A DNA stretch of 63,705 nt, counting the filler, from Aduncisulcus paluster (lineage: Eukaryota), in the NCBI GenBank assembly GCA_024181965.1. It is 5 parts of 5 records of this genome, joined end to end, with 100 filler letters (N's around TTAATTAATTAA, not from the genome) between each part and the next. Parts side by side here need not be neighbours in the genome. Positions count along the whole stretch, not along the records: positions 1 to 19,798 come from BQXS01010897.1; 4 more parts are not named here. One strand, given 5' to 3'. The notes under the pieces are model-generated. The model did not search any database. It was not told the DNA's origin and saw only the letters and a program-made list of their open reading frames with translations. The position numbers and the translations under genes were made by a program. Positions 1 to 11,000 of this stretch are shown here, piece after piece. The stretch's first letter is position 1, and the number at the start of each line of letters is the position of its first letter.

Positions 1-2
1 AG

Positions 3-1917
3 GAATGGAGAGAATCCGAGGAAAAGAAGAGGAAAGAAGAGGAGGAGAAGAGGAAGGAAGAGCAGAGAAGAGCTGAAGCTTGGCAGAAGATTGAAGAGCA
101 AGAAGAAGAGAGGAAAAGAAAGGAAGAAGAGGGGAAAAGAAAGGAAGAAGAGAGAAGAAAGGAAGAAGAGGGGAAAAGAAAGGAAGAAGAGAGAAGAAAG
201 GAAGAAGAGAGAAGAAAGGAAGAAGAGAGAAGAAAGGAAGAAGAGAGAAGAAAGGAAGAAGAGAGAAGAAAGGAAGAAGAGAGAAGAAAGGAAGAAGAAC
301 AGAAGAAAGGAAGAAGAGAGAAGAAAGGAAGAAGAGAAAAGAAAGGAAGAAGAGAGAAGAAAGGAAGAAGAGAGAAGAAAGGAAGAAGAGAGAAGAAAGG
401 AAGAAGAGAGAAGAAAGGAAGAAGAGAGAAGAAAGGAAGAAGAGAGAAGAAAGGAAGAAGAACAGAAGAATGAAGAAGAGTCGGAATCAGATGCCACTTT
501 ATATTTATCCCGATCTGATGAAAGCATCCCCAAAGAAGAAAACCCTGCAGAAAAGCTAAATATAGTTGAGAAAGTACAACATGAGTTGTGTCAATATTTG
601 TCATTTGGTATGCAATATCCACTTCTGATTAAGAAGTCTGGATTATGTCCCATATATCTCATGGGTGCCTCTGAAACTCTTACTCCTGGAAAACGACCCT
701 ATGGATCTGTCCGTCAACTATTGTTGGAGAAGAGTGGTGTGAAGTTTCAGTCACTTTCAATACCATTCAAAGATCCATGTTATCTCCGAAGGATTGTGCT
801 TTGTTTGTATAAGGCCCGATGTGCTCCAAAACGATTAATAGTGATGTTCCATCGTGCGGATAATACCTGTATTGAAAAAGGGTTTGATTTTAAAACTTTA
901 GAAAATGAATATGAATGGTTCAAACTAAGGGTTCATGTTGACAATGTAACTCGAGTAGATATTCATCATGACAAATCCTCAACGAAATTGGAATCAAGTT
1001 ATATTTATAGGATTCAGTTTTTCTCAAAGAAACCCTCAAAAAGTTCCTCGATTTCAACTAGTGAAATTGATCAAACCAGAAGCAGAGGTCCAAAACCTTT
1101 AATTTTTCCTTCAGTGGTCAAGGAAAGTCAAAATGATCTTGTTGACAAATCGAACAACGAAAAGACTCTGTCTTCTAGTGACTCTAAATCTATATTTCCT
1201 GATCTATTTTTAGAATCGGAGTCTGATTCCAAAGATGATGATTCTATTGTGCCCTTGGTAAAAATTAGAGCAAGGAGGCCTCAAGCTGACGCTATTATTT
1301 TTACTGATGAGATGATTAATGGAATTGATATCGAAAAGGAGCTTAAAGCGGCAGAAGAGGAAGAAGAAGAGGAAGAAGAAGAGGAAGAGGAAGAGGAAGA
1401 GAAAGAGGAAGAGAGGGAGAAAGAGAAGAATGAGAAGAATGAGAAGAAAGAGAAGAATGAGAAGAAAGAGAAAAGAGTTAAAAAGGGAGAGAAAAGGGTA
1501 AAAAATGGAGGAAAGCCGATAAAGAAGACTCTTGTTGCACAATCTTCTTCCGGTCGTGTTGAAAAAGAAATCGAAAAAAGTTATTCCGGCAAAGTTATTA
1601 TTCCGGCAAAGAGTAACCAAGATGGCACAACTGAAGAAGTTAAACAGCTTCTCGAACAGACTAGGGAGCAATTTCGTAAGTTTGAAGAAACGATGGCTTC
1701 TCCTGCATTGAAAAGGAGATTCAGTTCTCACGAGCCTCTTCTTTCGACTCCTATTGAAATGCTTGAGGAAGAGAAGAAGAAGTTAGCGGAAGAAAATGAA
1801 AAGCTAAAGCAAGAAAATGTATTGTTACGAGATAAAAATGCAAAGATGATGTCCGTTTTGTGTCAGATGGTTCAGATTGGAACTTCTGGACTAAGTTCTC
1901 AAGTTATCCCAAAATAG
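3..1917 (+). CDS. 5'-partial protein: RRKEEE charged helical repeat, one copy of the beta-sandwich-like domain found in the 28.5-34.2 kb kinase, poly-Glu tract, C-terminal coiled coil; 1-nt frame break near 300
   Basis: Frame 3 reads EWRESEEKKRKEEE...RRKEEE from base 3 to ~300; the same RRKEEE repeat continues in frame 1 from 301 to the stop at 1917. SLSIPFKDPCYLRRIVLCL...EYEWFKLRVHVDNV resembles the kinase repeats (SHLSIPFPSPCPMKGAYIC...YQWFYLPIGLDNI). Confidence 0.75.
   Translation, partial: NGENPRKRRGKKRRRRGRKSREELKLGRRLKSKKKRGKERKKRGKERKKREERKKRGKERKKREERKKREERKKREERKKREERKKREERKKREERKKNRRKEEERRKEEEKRKEEERRKEEERRKEEERRKEEERRKEEERRKEEERRKEEEQKNEEESESDATLYLSRSDESIPKEENPAEKLNIVEKVQHELCQYLSFGMQYPLLIKKSGLCPIYLMGASETLTPGKRPYGSVRQLLLEKSGVKFQSLSIPFKDPCYLRRIVLCLYKARCAPKRLIVMFHRADNTCIEKGFDFKTLENEYEWFKLRVHVDNVTRVDIHHDKSSTKLESSYIYRIQFFSKKPSKSSSISTSEIDQTRSRGPKPLIFPSVVKESQNDLVDKSNNEKTLSSSDSKSIFPDLFLESESDSKDDDSIVPLVKIRARRPQADAIIFTDEMINGIDIEKELKAAEEEEEEEEEEEEEEEEKEEEREKEKNEKNEKKEKNEKKEKRVKKGEKRVKNGGKPIKKTLVAQSSSGRVEKEIEKSYSGKVIIPAKSNQDGTTEEVKQLLEQTREQFRKFEETMASPALKRRFSSHEPLLSTPIEMLEEEKKKLAEENEKLKQENVLLRDKNAKMMSVLCQMVQIGTSGLSSQVIPK
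106..465 (+). repeat. Purine-rich coding tandem repeat, mostly 18-bp unit GAAGAAGAGAGAAGAAAG (RRKEEE)n
   Basis: Directly visible tandem array. Confidence 0.9.
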
Positions 1918-2331
1918 ATACGATTTATTCAGTAATTATCAATAGCATTGTTTAAGAAAATTTATTTCATCAATTGAGGGCTCTATCTAAAAATAGAATA
2001 AGGGAAGCAGATCACATCCCTTGACGAATTACAAATAAGAAAGAGAGAGTCAACGGAATTGAAATTTGATGATTACTTGAATTGTATTTTGATTATTCTC
2101 ATCATTAAAATCACTTTCTCAGACTATTTTTGGACACTTTGGTGGAGAAATGTTTAACCTATGGATGGAATATACATAAATCATAGGTCCAACGCATTAA
2201 TAGTAATATTAATAAAAATATTATATTCGAATAACAAAATAAATAAGATTAAGTCATAATCAATCCAAGAACAAAGCTCAAAGAATCAATAAGATGGATT
2301 AGACTCTAATCATTAGAGGCAAGCAGCAAAT

Positions 2332-3315
2332 TCATTCGCCGGAATAAGGTTTAGCATTTGGATCAAAGGAATACTTTGGCGGAACTGGCTGTACAGGTCC
2401 CTGTGGCATTCGAGGGAGATGGTATGTCTGATGTGGAGGAGGAATGGAGTGAGGTGGTACGGAAGAGGATGGACCGTACGAAGTGTAGTAAGGGAATGTC
2501 TGGCCATGGGGATAGCCAGAAGCAGGGTAATATCCTCCGGGAACAGCGTGGTAAGGGCTATATTGAGGAGCTGGAGGAGGAATGTGGGAAGGGTGAGGCT
2601 CGGGGGGAACAACAACTTGATCGGATTCCTTGATATCCATTACTGCGGGAGGAGATGATTTCTTTGGAATAGAGGATGCGGAGACTTCTGAAAACCAGTT
2701 TTTAGGATGGAGGTGGTCAGATTCACCTACCTTAAAGAAATGAGTCTCATCATACAAAGTAAACAAATTATCGACTGGTTTAGGATCATAACCAAGCATT
2801 TCGAGAAGGAATTCGATATTTTCATCCATTTTATGGGGGGGAAATATATCTACTGGAGCTGGGAAGAGAGGAAGACCTTTAGTACGACGAAATTCAAGAA
2901 TATCTTCACATTTACACTTAACGAAATGAACAATAACGAGTTTAGCAATGGAATCTAATTGTACATTGCGAATTGAATGCATATCTTCAACGTCACGAGT
3001 GATTGAACGACAGGAATCGGCAAGGCGTCTAACGAAAGCTCTAGAACAGAATTGATGACAACATTTTGGGAATTTGTTTAGTGGATAAAGAGAAGAACCG
3101 TCAGACTTTCTATCCGAAATAGCTCGAGCAGCAATCTCTAAATTATCACACAATTTCTTCAGTACTTCATAAAATAAACCAATTAAACGTGGAGATGTAT
3201 CATCACTCTTTCCAAAACGTTTTCCGAAATCTATAGCACTTCTTCGGATCGTATCTTTGATGTTAGGATCAATTGCTGTAGAAGGAAGAGAAATGGGGGT
3301 TGTAGATTCGCTCAT
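2332..3315 (-). CDS. Hypothetical protein: helical N-terminal domain, Pro/Tyr-rich tail, possible C-terminal PAM2-like motif
   Basis: 327-aa ATG ORF with AT-rich flanks; ends KYSFDPNAKPYSGE. Confidence 0.75.
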   Translation of the reverse strand: MSESTTPISLPSTAIDPNIKDTIRRSAIDFGKRFGKSDDTSPRLIGLFYEVLKKLCDNLEIAARAISDRKSDGSSLYPLNKFPKCCHQFCSRAFVRRLADSCRSITRDVEDMHSIRNVQLDSIAKLVIVHFVKCKCEDILEFRRTKGLPLFPAPVDIFPPHKMDENIEFLLEMLGYDPKPVDNLFTLYDETHFFKVGESDHLHPKNWFSEVSASSIPKKSSPPAVMDIKESDQVVVPPEPHPSHIPPPAPQYSPYHAVPGGYYPASGYPHGQTFPYYTSYGPSSSVPPHSIPPPHQTYHLPRMPQGPVQPVPPKYSFDPNAKPYSGE

Positions 3316-4265
3316 AAAGAAAAAGACAAAGATAAAGCGGAGTTTTTAAAGGATAAAGTGAGAACAATCTCAAAATTGACTATCACGTCAAGAAAACTGA
3401 TCGTTTTGACCGGGGATTGGAATAATGAATATAGAATGCTACTTCTTATTAAATGATAAAATGTGAGAAATGGTACACATTATTTATGTTTTAAAATGCC
3501 TATAAATTCACAAATAAACGCATTTGTATTTACTAGCTAGCGAAGGAATAGTACGGAGATTTTATATGGGAATAAAAACTCAGATCGGTTCATTATGTTG
3601 CGAACAACAGAAAGTCCTCAAAATATAGATTAAGGTGCTATTTAGAAAAAAAAAAGAAACAAGAAAAATATTTACACGAAAATGGGGGGAAATGATGAAA
3701 GAATAGTTTAATATTCAAAAAAAAAAAAAAAAAAGAAAAACAATAAAGCAAAAAGATAAGAAATATATTCAATTGTCCATGAACTGCTTGATAGGATAAA
3801 GAAGTTATCAAACAGGATAAAGGATAAGACCATACACTCACAAAACCTTTTTTCTCAGTCCAAAAATAGACTGGTATGATAGGAAAAGTGAAACACCATA
3901 TAAAAATTATTAAAAAAACGGGAAACAACAAAGACATTTCTTGTTCACTCCTTCACTGAGATAGAATGTAAAGTAACAGCAATTCGGATTAAAATAATAC
4001 TAAACAATTCAAAAAGTATCATAAACTGAATAATATTATAAACAAATATAAGGGACTTAGACGTGAAAAACCATCAATGAACATCCTAGAAATAAAAGAA
4101 AAAAAAACTTTTTTCCGGCAATCTTGGATGTGAACAAGAAGATGAAAATAACACAAAAGAAACGCAAAAGCAAAGAAAAACAGATCAAGATAAAAATAAA
4201 TTAATCATAAAATTAAAATAAATTAATATTAATAATAATAAACAATGTCAACCTGAATGTCATAA

Positions 4266-6778
4266 TTATTCCTCGTTTGACTCTGTTGAATGAATTGCAC
4301 TACTTGATTGAAGAATATCCTCCGCCAAAAGGAGTGTTTTAAATACGGGAGAAGGTGATTTCATGTTCAAAAAGGTTAGAGGAGATGCACAAACAGTCCT
4401 GGAGACACAGGTTGAGGTGAGGGATGGAATTGCACCAGAATCGTCACAGAACTCGTGCCTACCTTCCTCACTCACCGTCACACAAGCGTAGCCTCCTTTG
4501 AGGTGCTCTTTCTTTCTATTGGACTCAGCGTATATTGGGGAATGTCCATGAGGTACACTCTTCTTCGTTTTCTTCTTTCGTTTTCTTCTATCTCTCTTCT
4601 TCCAGGAAGGATGGCCCTTGCCCATTATTATATGGGGGGGTGAACAACCACATGATCGGTCAACCGAACTTCCGGTAGAAATGTCGGCTGGTTGTTTGCC
4701 GGAAAGAGGTAAATGTGATATCGATAGTGATGGTTGTTTCTTCTCAGAGCCGTCTAAAAATGGAACATGAGAATGTTGGGTATGATGATCTTGTTTTTGG
4801 GGGTTTAGTAATGTGTGGGAAGAAAGTAGGAGATGTGATTCAGAGAATATGGACAACGTTGGCAAAGATGGAACATCAGAGGTTGAAAATGCACGGACTC
4901 GAGTTGCGGTATCGCATAATTCATGATCCCAATTGNNNNNNNNNNNNNNNNNNNNGTAGAAATGTCGGCTGGTTGTTTGCCGGAAAGAGGTAAATGTGAT
5001 ATCGATAGTGATGGTTGTTTCTTCTCAGAGCCGTCTAAAAATGGAACATGAGAATGTTGGGTATGATGATCTTGTTTTTGGGGGTTTAGTAATGTGTGGG
5101 AAGAAAGTAGGAGATGTGATTCAGAGAATATGGACAACGTTGGCAAAGATGGAACATCAGAGGTTGAAAATGCACGGACTCGAGTTGCGGTATCGCATAA
5201 TTCATGATCCCAATTGATTATTTTTGAATCAAATTGCTGATGATCATCCGATACTGAACGTGGATGAGTAAGGGTGATTTCTGGAACATCCGAGGAGAGC
5301 GATGTATGAATAGAGCCTTGTGTGTGCATTTGATACCCTATAAGAACCTTCTGAGGGGTACATGTTGTGATGGGATCAATCTCAATGGCTGAGGAAGTCC
5401 ATGAGGAGGAACAGGAAGGGGTAGGTTGTTGGATCGGATGATCTTGATGTGAAGGGTTTATCCGTATCTTCGATAAGGAAATGGGTTGAATTGTTTGATT
5501 TGAAGGAAGGGATGAAGCCACACCATGAATATATTGTTGTTGTTTTTGTGAATCATAGAAACGTTTACCATGGATGTCATCTTGACAGAGTGAGAGTGAT
5601 ACAGGGGGTGTGACTGCAGAGAAACAGCGACGTCTGAAGAAGGGAGGACGTTCTGAATGAGACCTAGAATGCATGTGTATGCAATGCGACGATAGATGGT
5701 CGTCAGAGTGAGAATAAACATCCGACGATCTGTCCATATCTGTCGCAGGCGGATGGAACTGTTTCGATGGCTGAGGGCATCGATACGGGGCAATGCGATC
5801 GAGAATATCGGCAACAGATGGCTTACCAAATATTAATGGGGAGGAAATAGAATCGAGTCTTTCTTGGCGATGAACACGACCGTCAGATAAACGCTCCCCA
5901 TGAATACGAAGACTTCCATGATCAGATGAATAAGGAGATGATCGTTTCCATGGATTGTCCGAATGATGGGTGTTCAATTGTTGAGTTAGACGGGAATCAT
6001 CATCATCCGAATCTTCCTCATCTTCAGTGGATACAGAATATGGACAGGAGGGCATGGAACGAGTCGAGGGGACATCTTCACACTGATTAATGAAGGAAGA
6101 CACCGAGGGAGAACGGGAAAAGGAGTAGGATGAGGAATTGGAAGACACCTCGGGGTTTCGACCTTCAATCGTTGGAGGGAGAATTGGTGTAAATTTCTGA
6201 GAACGAGATGGCCTTGTACGCTTCTGATTCGACCGATCACGTTGTTTATGCTTAGATTTGTATTCATATAGGTCATCTAGACTACCATGGGATTGGAGAG
6301 GAGTTGTGAGATGGGAAGAAGGAGCAGAGATCAGAACAACGTCAATCAATAACTCGTCTTTTTCAGTCTCACTAATGCTCATTTCCTCTTCTTCTTCTTC
6401 TTTTCGAAGTCTTCGCTCAATCTGATCCGCTAACTTTGTCACGCTCCAAGGTTGTAAAGAAGAGTGTGATAAGGGAGGAACTGATGACCTACGTTGTCTT
6501 ATAGTTCTGGGAGATTCAATTATATGAGTGATTTCACCAATATCTGAAGATGAACGCTGGATATCATCGGTTTCATTTCCAAAGCAAAATGGGCAAGAAG
6601 CAGTGGCAAAACTATGCTTAGGAGGCATTTTCTTCGAAGGATTATGTCTACAATATTCTGTATCAATAGATTCATGACTACTATCTGTTGAAATCTCAAA
6701 TGATGGTGAGAAGAGAGCTTCAGTATCGCTTTTGTTCGTTCGCCGCCTGGAAGATGATTTATCGGAATTAGCAGGCAT
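4266..6778 (-). CDS. Ser/His/Pro-rich low-complexity protein (~743 aa after collapsing the artefactual duplication)
   Basis: ORFs 4805..6778 and 4266..4865 join in frame when the 261-bp duplicate plus 20 N are removed (2232 nt). Confidence 0.75.
4675..5216. other. Assembly artefact: 261-bp direct duplication (4675-4935 / 4956-5216) around a 20-N gap
   Basis: Same sequence on both sides of the gap; collapsing restores a single ORF. Confidence 0.9.
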
Positions 6779-7025
6779 TAAAACTATACAAAAGGAATAA
6801 AAAATGATAAAAAAAGTCCTGCTATTTAGATATGATGAACTATTCTACAAAAAAATAACTTGTTGTGATTAAGGTTGTTGGGATGAATTCAGAAACGGAA
6901 ATATATATTAAATTTTGCTATCAAGTAATTTTATTCGAGAAATTTATTTTTCTTGAAATTCTGATAAAGGGATTTACCAGAAGATTCCATTTGTTCACTG
7001 AGCGTCGCTTTTCTTGTAAATAACG

Positions 7026-7634
7026 ATGGATTCCTTCCAGTGTCTTCACCCTCGTCGGCATAAGATATCAAACATTAAGGTGATTCTTTTTGATATAGGA
7101 GGTACCGCCTGCAAAAGTCATCAAAAAGATACAATGATTGATATGCAGCGTCTTGGGACATTGAATCGTGAGACAGCCCAAGAAATGGTCAATCCTGGGA
7201 TATTTGAGTTGTTAGATATCCTTAAGGAAGCTGGATTTTGTCTTGGGATTCTTTCAAACACATCCAAATTTAAAAAAGATCTTGACCCAGTCTACATATC
7301 TGCTCTCAAAATGCCCTTCTCATTTTCTGTTTTCTCTTCTGAATTGGAATTTCAACCTAAAAAAGAAGGTGATCCGATAAGAAAGAAACCACATCCAGAT
7401 ATTTTTCACGCTGCTTATTCGAGAGCTAAAGTATTTGTTCCAGATTTGAAATATGAAGAGGTTTTAATGGTTGGAAATAATTTTAAGAAGGATTTTTTGG
7501 GAGCTCAAGCTGTTGGAATGAAGGCAATTTGGTTTGAATGTTTTGAGCCTGCTAAAATGCCCAGCGAAGGCGATATTGTTACGTCAATTTCAACCATGAT
7601 GGATCTTTTAAGATATATTGACATGGAAGAATGA
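7026..7634 (+). CDS. HAD-superfamily hydrolase (subfamily IA-like)
   Basis: Motif I ILFDIGGT, motif II ILSNT, motif III KKPHPDIF, motif IV MVGNNFKKDFLGAQAVGM. Confidence 0.9.
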   Translation: MDSFQCLHPRRHKISNIKVILFDIGGTACKSHQKDTMIDMQRLGTLNRETAQEMVNPGIFELLDILKEAGFCLGILSNTSKFKKDLDPVYISALKMPFSFSVFSSELEFQPKKEGDPIRKKPHPDIFHAAYSRAKVFVPDLKYEEVLMVGNNFKKDFLGAQAVGMKAIWFECFEPAKMPSEGDIVTSISTMMDLLRYIDMEE

Positions 7635-8069
7635 GATATTGCTTCGTATCCGTGATCAGCCAATGTCTGGCTGGCGTCATTCAGACTTATTAGTTTCATC
7701 ATAATAATTACCTGCACAAAATACCTTATTTTGAGAGAAAAAAAACATGTTATGTCAATTTTGGTGGTGTGTTCTGTTTAGATCTATTAATAACTTACTT
7801 TGACTTTTTCCTCTTGCTAATGATCTATTTTTTCTCATTGAATTTAACAATTATTATCTTATTCAGTGGTACGAAGATTATTTGGAAATCAGATAAATAA
7901 ATTAGTACTTTTTTGTTCTGAAGAAGCTACCTATTCATGACACTCCTGATCTGAATCACCAAAAACCAATCAAAACTTACCCATAGAAAGAAGCTATTTG
8001 TTTGCTTCACAGCAAAAAATTGTTGTTTTTTTCTCGTTTAACTTTATATATTTTGATATATGAGTCATA

Positions 8070-11000
8070 ATGTTGCCACATCCTCCGCTATTTCGAATTA
8101 TCAGTTTTGGATCAATTGATCTTCCGCCCATCGCTATCCTTGAGAACTCGACTCATGGAAGCATTTTATTCAATTGTCCAGAACACACCCATCGTGTTTT
8201 TGAGATCATTCAAAGTAAGTTAGTGAATGTACGACAGTTTTTTGTTTCTCGAGTTTCACCTCAATCGACAATGGGATTTCCCGGTGTTTTAATGTCTCAG
8301 TTGACAGCAGCAGCTGCAGGTTGGGATGCTGATTACAAAGTGTCTGAAGGAATTCCTCTGGTCGAATCAACGATTTGGTCTGATTGTCCGCCTTCTTCTC
8401 CTCAATATGTCTATTTCACACGAATTTTGTCAACTATAGCTCATCATGGAAGTGTAGGAAACATTAAAATTGATGTGAATAGCATGAACCCTCAACAAAA
8501 ACTTGACATTACCAATCAGTTCCAAAAGGGTGAGTTTTCAGAGATATTCACCAGTTATATCCGTAAATCATCATTGAATGTAAGATGTTTTACTCATGTT
8601 CACGGTAATATCAAAATATCTCCCATCACTATCTGTCATCTACAATGTTGTAATCGTTCTGTTTATATTACCAATGATNNNNNNNNNNNNNNNNNNNNGT
8701 CTGATTGTCCGCCTTCTTCTCCTCAATATGTCTATTTCACACGAATTTTGTCAACTATAGCTCATCATGGAAGTGTAGGAAACATTAAAATTGATGTGAA
8801 TAGCATGAACCCTCAACAAAAACTTGACATTACCAATCAGTTCCAAAAGGGTGAGTTTTCAGAGATATTCACCAGTTATATCCGTAAATCATCATTGAAT
8901 GTAAGATGTTTTACTCATGTTCACGGTAATATCAAAATATCTCCCATCACTATCTGTCATCTACAATGTTGTAATCGTTCTGTTTATATTACCAATGATA
9001 TCGTTGGTTGGCGCCTTGATTTTCCTGCATTGCAGGGTAAATTTGATGGAAAGAAGGCCAAAGCATTAGGAATCAAAGGAAAAGACTGTGGTCGTTTGGT
9101 ATCTGGTGAATCTGTCACACTTTCGAATGGTACTGTCATTACACCAGAAGATGTCATGTCAAAACCAACAATGCTCAAATCCATTGTGCTTATCACAAAT
9201 ATGATTGCGAATATGGAGAAATTCCTCTGGCCTCTCAAAGTTGACGATACTGAAAAAACCATATCTCAACTTCAATCTCTATTTGTTCTCCAATGCCAAG
9301 CTATCGTTGGCCTTAATCCAGACTCTTGTGACACATCTCTTGAGGACATGAGTACTCTTCTTTCAAAGGTAGGGGAAGAGAAGTTGTTCCAAATCTCATG
9401 TTTATCCTCAGACTCTTTCTCTATGTCTCCAATTGTTGTCTCGATGTTACCTTGTGAAGATGCATCACATCTATTTCGATCTAAGGAATATGTTCAATGG
9501 AAAGAAGCTCTTGAGAGCAATGCTGTCAATGGAAAAGTTCATTTCATCGGAGATCTCCCGATCAGATCAAAAGATGATAAAACAAAGTCCTCAAAAGAAT
9601 CTATTTTTAGACACAAAGAAGGACCAATCTCTGTGATTGAGAAAGTATTAGATTTATGTGATATCTCTTCATCTTATTCCTCCCGACCCATGAAGGATAT
9701 GGAGTGCCAACCTGAGTCTGTTCGTTGTTGTTCATCATGTGATATGAATGATATTGTCTGCCCCTTTGATACTTTCTCATTCTATAATCTTCCTCCTCTC
9801 TTTCCATATTCACATTTCTTGCACACAGTTGGATATAAGTACTCTCAAAACGCTCATTTATTCCCATTGAGTGATGAGTTATCACTCAAACCTCAGTACT
9901 CAGCCCATTCTCTTGTTCATTGTTATGGTTCTACTCATTCTACTCTTCTTCAACACTGTGACCTATCCATTAGTCTTGCCCCAACACGGAAGCAGAGAGC
10001 AGCAGGTGGAAAAGGAAGAAAGGGTGGAAAAGATGAGGGAGAGAATGAAGGGATAACAATTGTTGTTCCAAAGAGTTGTGTATGGGTGGATTCAAAAGAA
10101 TTTTTTTCCCACAAACGGAAAGGAATTGAAGAGAGATTAGCAATGTCAAAAAAACAAAAACTATTGCAACAAGCCAAACGTGTCAAAGGAAAAGTCTTAA
10201 CTTCTATGGAGAAGGATGATCTAATTCAATCCTCTGTTTCTGCTTCTCCTTCTCCCTCTTCTTCCTCTGCTTCTTCCTCTTTCTCTTCCTCCCTTTCTTC
10301 CTCTTCTTGGACACTTCCCTCCAATGTCTATTGTGCGCTTGAGGATCTTGTGAAGAGAGAAGAGTATCCTTTAGATAGTGAGACAATGGATAAATCTGGA
10401 GAAATCTCTGATACATCAAAGCATCAAGAGTCACCATTCTATTGCATTCCTCTTGGAACTGGTGCAGCTGTTCCAAGTAAGTTTAAGTCTGTATCGGGAC
10501 ATCTTGTATGTTTCAAAACTAATCGAACAAGTATTGAGGAATCTTCTGTTCCTAAATATAGAATGGCTCTCCTTGATTGTGGAGAAGGAACCACAGCTCA
10601 AATGAGACATTTATGTGACAGTTCTCGTGAGTATATGCAATTATTGACATGTATTGATACTGTAATTATATCTCACCCACACGCTGATCATGTGGTTGGA
10701 TCTTGGACATTTGTCAGTGCAAGAAGGGCTGCATTCAGACATTTGCACCTTCCTTATCTCCCCCTTTTCTTCATTTCCAATATTCCTTCCCACAGAATGC
10801 TTAGACTTGGACTCAGAGTTGATGAAGAGTATGGAATTGGGAAACAAACTGATGTAGTATTCATTCACATTTCAACTCTGATTCCAAAAATAGATTCGCC
10901 TTCATCAAAAATCAGTCTCTCATCTGAAACAGAGACCTCGATGGAAAGTCCTGTCTGTGTTGAGGATGATAAGGAGGAGGATACGTTGACTTCTCCTTCC

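Noticed and set aside
3638-3937. 99-aa hydrophobic ORF as a membrane protein
   Set aside because: Hydrophobicity comes from T-rich homopolymer sequence in an AT-rich intergenic or UTR region.
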